From the IMG/VR virus record IMGVR_UViG_3300021958_008980, positions 1 through 64,000 of that record: DNA of 64,000 bases; one strand, 5' to 3'. Made by a program: the position numbers and the translations under genes. Positions 63,101 through 64,000 of this stretch are shown piece by piece. This stretch comes from a virus. Lineage: Duplodnaviria > Caudoviricetes. Below the pieces are notes generated by a model. The model had not been told where the DNA came from. It was given only the letters and a program-made list of their open reading frames with translations, and made no database searches. Position 1 is the stretch's first letter; every line of letters starts with the position of its first letter.

Positions 63101-63998
63101 CTGAACCACCGTTCTGGCTGTCATAGATTTCTGCCTGTTTTTTGCCTGTGAACAAAGGAAAGAAATATCCAAACTGTCCAATGGTTGTACCTGACGAACT
63201 TGTGGCCTGTATCTGGAATGGTCCAGTCGATCCCACTGTGCCGCCCAATAAAGTCACGGTTGGTGCGACTTCATACCCAGATCCACCTGCTGTGACAGTG
63301 ATTGACGAAACGTATTTTTTGTGATAATCGTTCCACATCTGCCATGGGTACTCTGTCAATTTAGAAGAATCACTAGTGACGTTAAGAGTCCTTATCTTGC
63401 CTGTAATTGGGTCATAGAATGTTGGGTTATCAAAGTCTGTGAATATTCCGTCCTGCGTTTCCAAAGTGTCATATGCAAGTTTATATTCCCTCAGTTTGGT
63501 GTGGAATGGTTTGACTTCGTTTATGTAACTTTCTATCCAACTGTCAGTTCCAGTGGTGTATGATTTCCTTTGATTCAGTTCTCTCACAGAGTTCTTAACG
63601 TTGACGAAAGACGTTTTGAACATCCAGTTCACGTATGTCTGTTCAGAAAGCACTTTTCTTAATCCTGTAAAGAAAAGTGTGTTGTATTCCACTGCTAGGT
63701 CATTGATAAAGAGGTCATCTCTCAAAGCAGTCAACACTTTCCTTGTCTCGATGCTTGGCTCTTGGTCGAAGAAGTTGTCATCAAAGTTGTCCTGCCCTGC
63801 AAAACCTGTGGCATCCTGGCTATAATCGTAAAGTTTGGTAGACAGCCTTACTGTTCCATTTTCTGTTCCAACATTTTCCCAACCGTCCGCGGTCTTCATA
63901 AACAGTTTCCAGCCGCCTGTGTCTGCACTGGTTACTTTGACATGGCTTCCTACTGCGAAGTCCAATGTGTCAAGTTCATACTGGAAAGTTACCTGCTT
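60099..63998 (-). CDS. very large baseplate wedge/tail protein, 5'-truncated by the window edge
   Basis: Frame is open to the window end (>1290 aa); repeated F-x-GDG-x-T-x-x-F beta modules; PFHTKLREY. Confidence 0.8.
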   Translation of the reverse strand, partial: KQVTFQYELDTLDFAVGSHVKVTSADTGGWKLFMKTADGWENVGTENGTVRLSTKLYDYSQDATGFAGQDNFDDNFFDQEPSIETRKVLTALRDDLFINDLAVEYNTLFFTGLRKVLSEQTYVNWMFKTSFVNVKNSVRELNQRKSYTTGTDSWIESYINEVKPFHTKLREYKLAYDTLETQDGIFTDFDNPTFYDPITGKIRTLNVTSDSSKLTEYPWQMWNDYHKKYVSSITVTAGGSGYEVAPTVTLLGGTVGSTGPFQIQATSSSGTTIGQFGYFFPLFTGKKQAEIYDSQNGGSGTTKTYIFDGYADTFYGPTASTSESVSDKSEAFKMYVTPATTAATATAIIQGGVVTKINVTGIGANYTATPTVVLSGGMKDGTTPSDPAKAYANLGNDLVRDFDTTIKFDRVSSTSRVVDWAAATSYAYNDLIRYKNQLYKVTNPFTSSTDFDDNIGSVYKVYGDETGLTAADRTKGFYTPGSGMPGNELSQLMSGVDYGGTMVTGLLFTQEQGWDKSGFYDFPFDNTGSSRIKAFRADGSTASYTFASAPKSSEVYQVYITQDDSTRRKLSDVIRGDGSTVAFTISETPEANALVEFIPFDDDGVLTPTDDRTLDSIIKGGLFTSALGHAPSDIVLEGDGFVTPDTSYAPEETIPGQMFDTVDIKVYTSPESGVPFISEMTHTGDGTETTFSVGDYPGTLGSVTVSVDGVVQKLTTNYSINVANKTITFTSAPANNSKISTKVFAISGENYRVLNTFTGDGSTTTFLTSTRGEFNLDSTSSDMYVTIDGVPTTAYTTTTAANTITVIFNSAPAASSYIQFAGFNKSTTSTRSYASVRNQTITYDGSTNRYTLTYPAGAIGPFSGLTIVELNGRVLRGPDNTYYVGDGSTYTYGVVSGLEDDSTVDPAKTITAASQVQVFVNGVKKNLNTHYTVDIGNQNVDFVTAHVPASTDVICISTLVDHQYYNEGTDIILVPSAITSPYSLSATDVLSVTTFNNALGMKQRREVLEGRGSGVFKLRFETLNGGYTYVWLNGEQLVQGQDYVVSGNTITVSGRTITSSDRLDVMYFALESATGATGFRIFKDMLNRTFYKRISKTATTKLTLVMTEGTQTITVEDASLLPTPDVAGNTPGVIFIDKERIEYFTKSGNTLGQLRRGTLGTGIKEHGSGTEVVDASGTQTIPYADTVYTNTFTGDGSTVVFALSQAPSSASELDIFIGGQRLLLTSEDGSTINYSVDGSTTAVTLSTAPASGTQIKILHKKGQVWYTAKDGNPADGKGLQASTTQQAVFIANEPTNAPE

Positions 63999-64000
63999 GT

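Noticed and set aside
1-64000. tRNA, rRNA, CRISPR array, integrase or transposase
   Set aside because: Intergenic gaps are nearly all under 100 nt. I saw no cloverleaf, repeat-spacer pattern or recombinase motif by eye; tRNAscan/CRISPR tools were not run.
1-64000. Alternative genetic code (stop-codon reassignment)
   Set aside because: Genes are full-length in the standard code, and TAA, TGA and TAG all serve as stops with tight overlaps.

Overview
This is a 64-kb fragment of a large, gene-dense dsDNA tailed phage with a T4-superfamily-like replication module. A marine/aquatic origin and an oligotrophic proteobacterial host are inferred, not shown. The window has two convergent halves that meet at 35583-35593. 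The + strand (1-35593) carries putative head-packaged small proteins, family-B DNA polymerase, sliding clamp, T4-type RNase H and a MoxR-AAA/VWA-zincin pair. It also carries many accessory genes: a dispersed 7-deazaguanine set (TGT/DpdA-like transglycosylase fused by a TAATG overlap to the clamp gene, QueD-like, FolE, QueE, YhhQ, with no QueC/QueF in the window), a GT-B glycosyltransferase and GalE chained to folE, GMP reductase, purine PRTase, rubrerythrin, peroxiredoxin, a SET-domain protein, an amidinotransferase, and a TctA/TctC transporter pair. The - strand (35583-64000) carries baseplate/tail-fibre genes followed by a ~16-kb glycan-tailoring island: four GT-A-like proteins, epimerase, DegT aminotransferase, carbamoyltransferase, APS-kinase-like, SGNH-like, and five tandem radical-SAM enzymes with N-terminal Cys-rich twitch/SPASM-like domains. 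The best candidates for an undescribed system are (1) a QueC-less 7-deazaguanine DNA-modification pathway linked to a glycosyltransferase and (2) the radical-SAM array/glycan island next to the tail genes. I saw no tRNA, rRNA, CRISPR array, intein or mobile element. All family calls come from motif recognition by eye; no database search was run.
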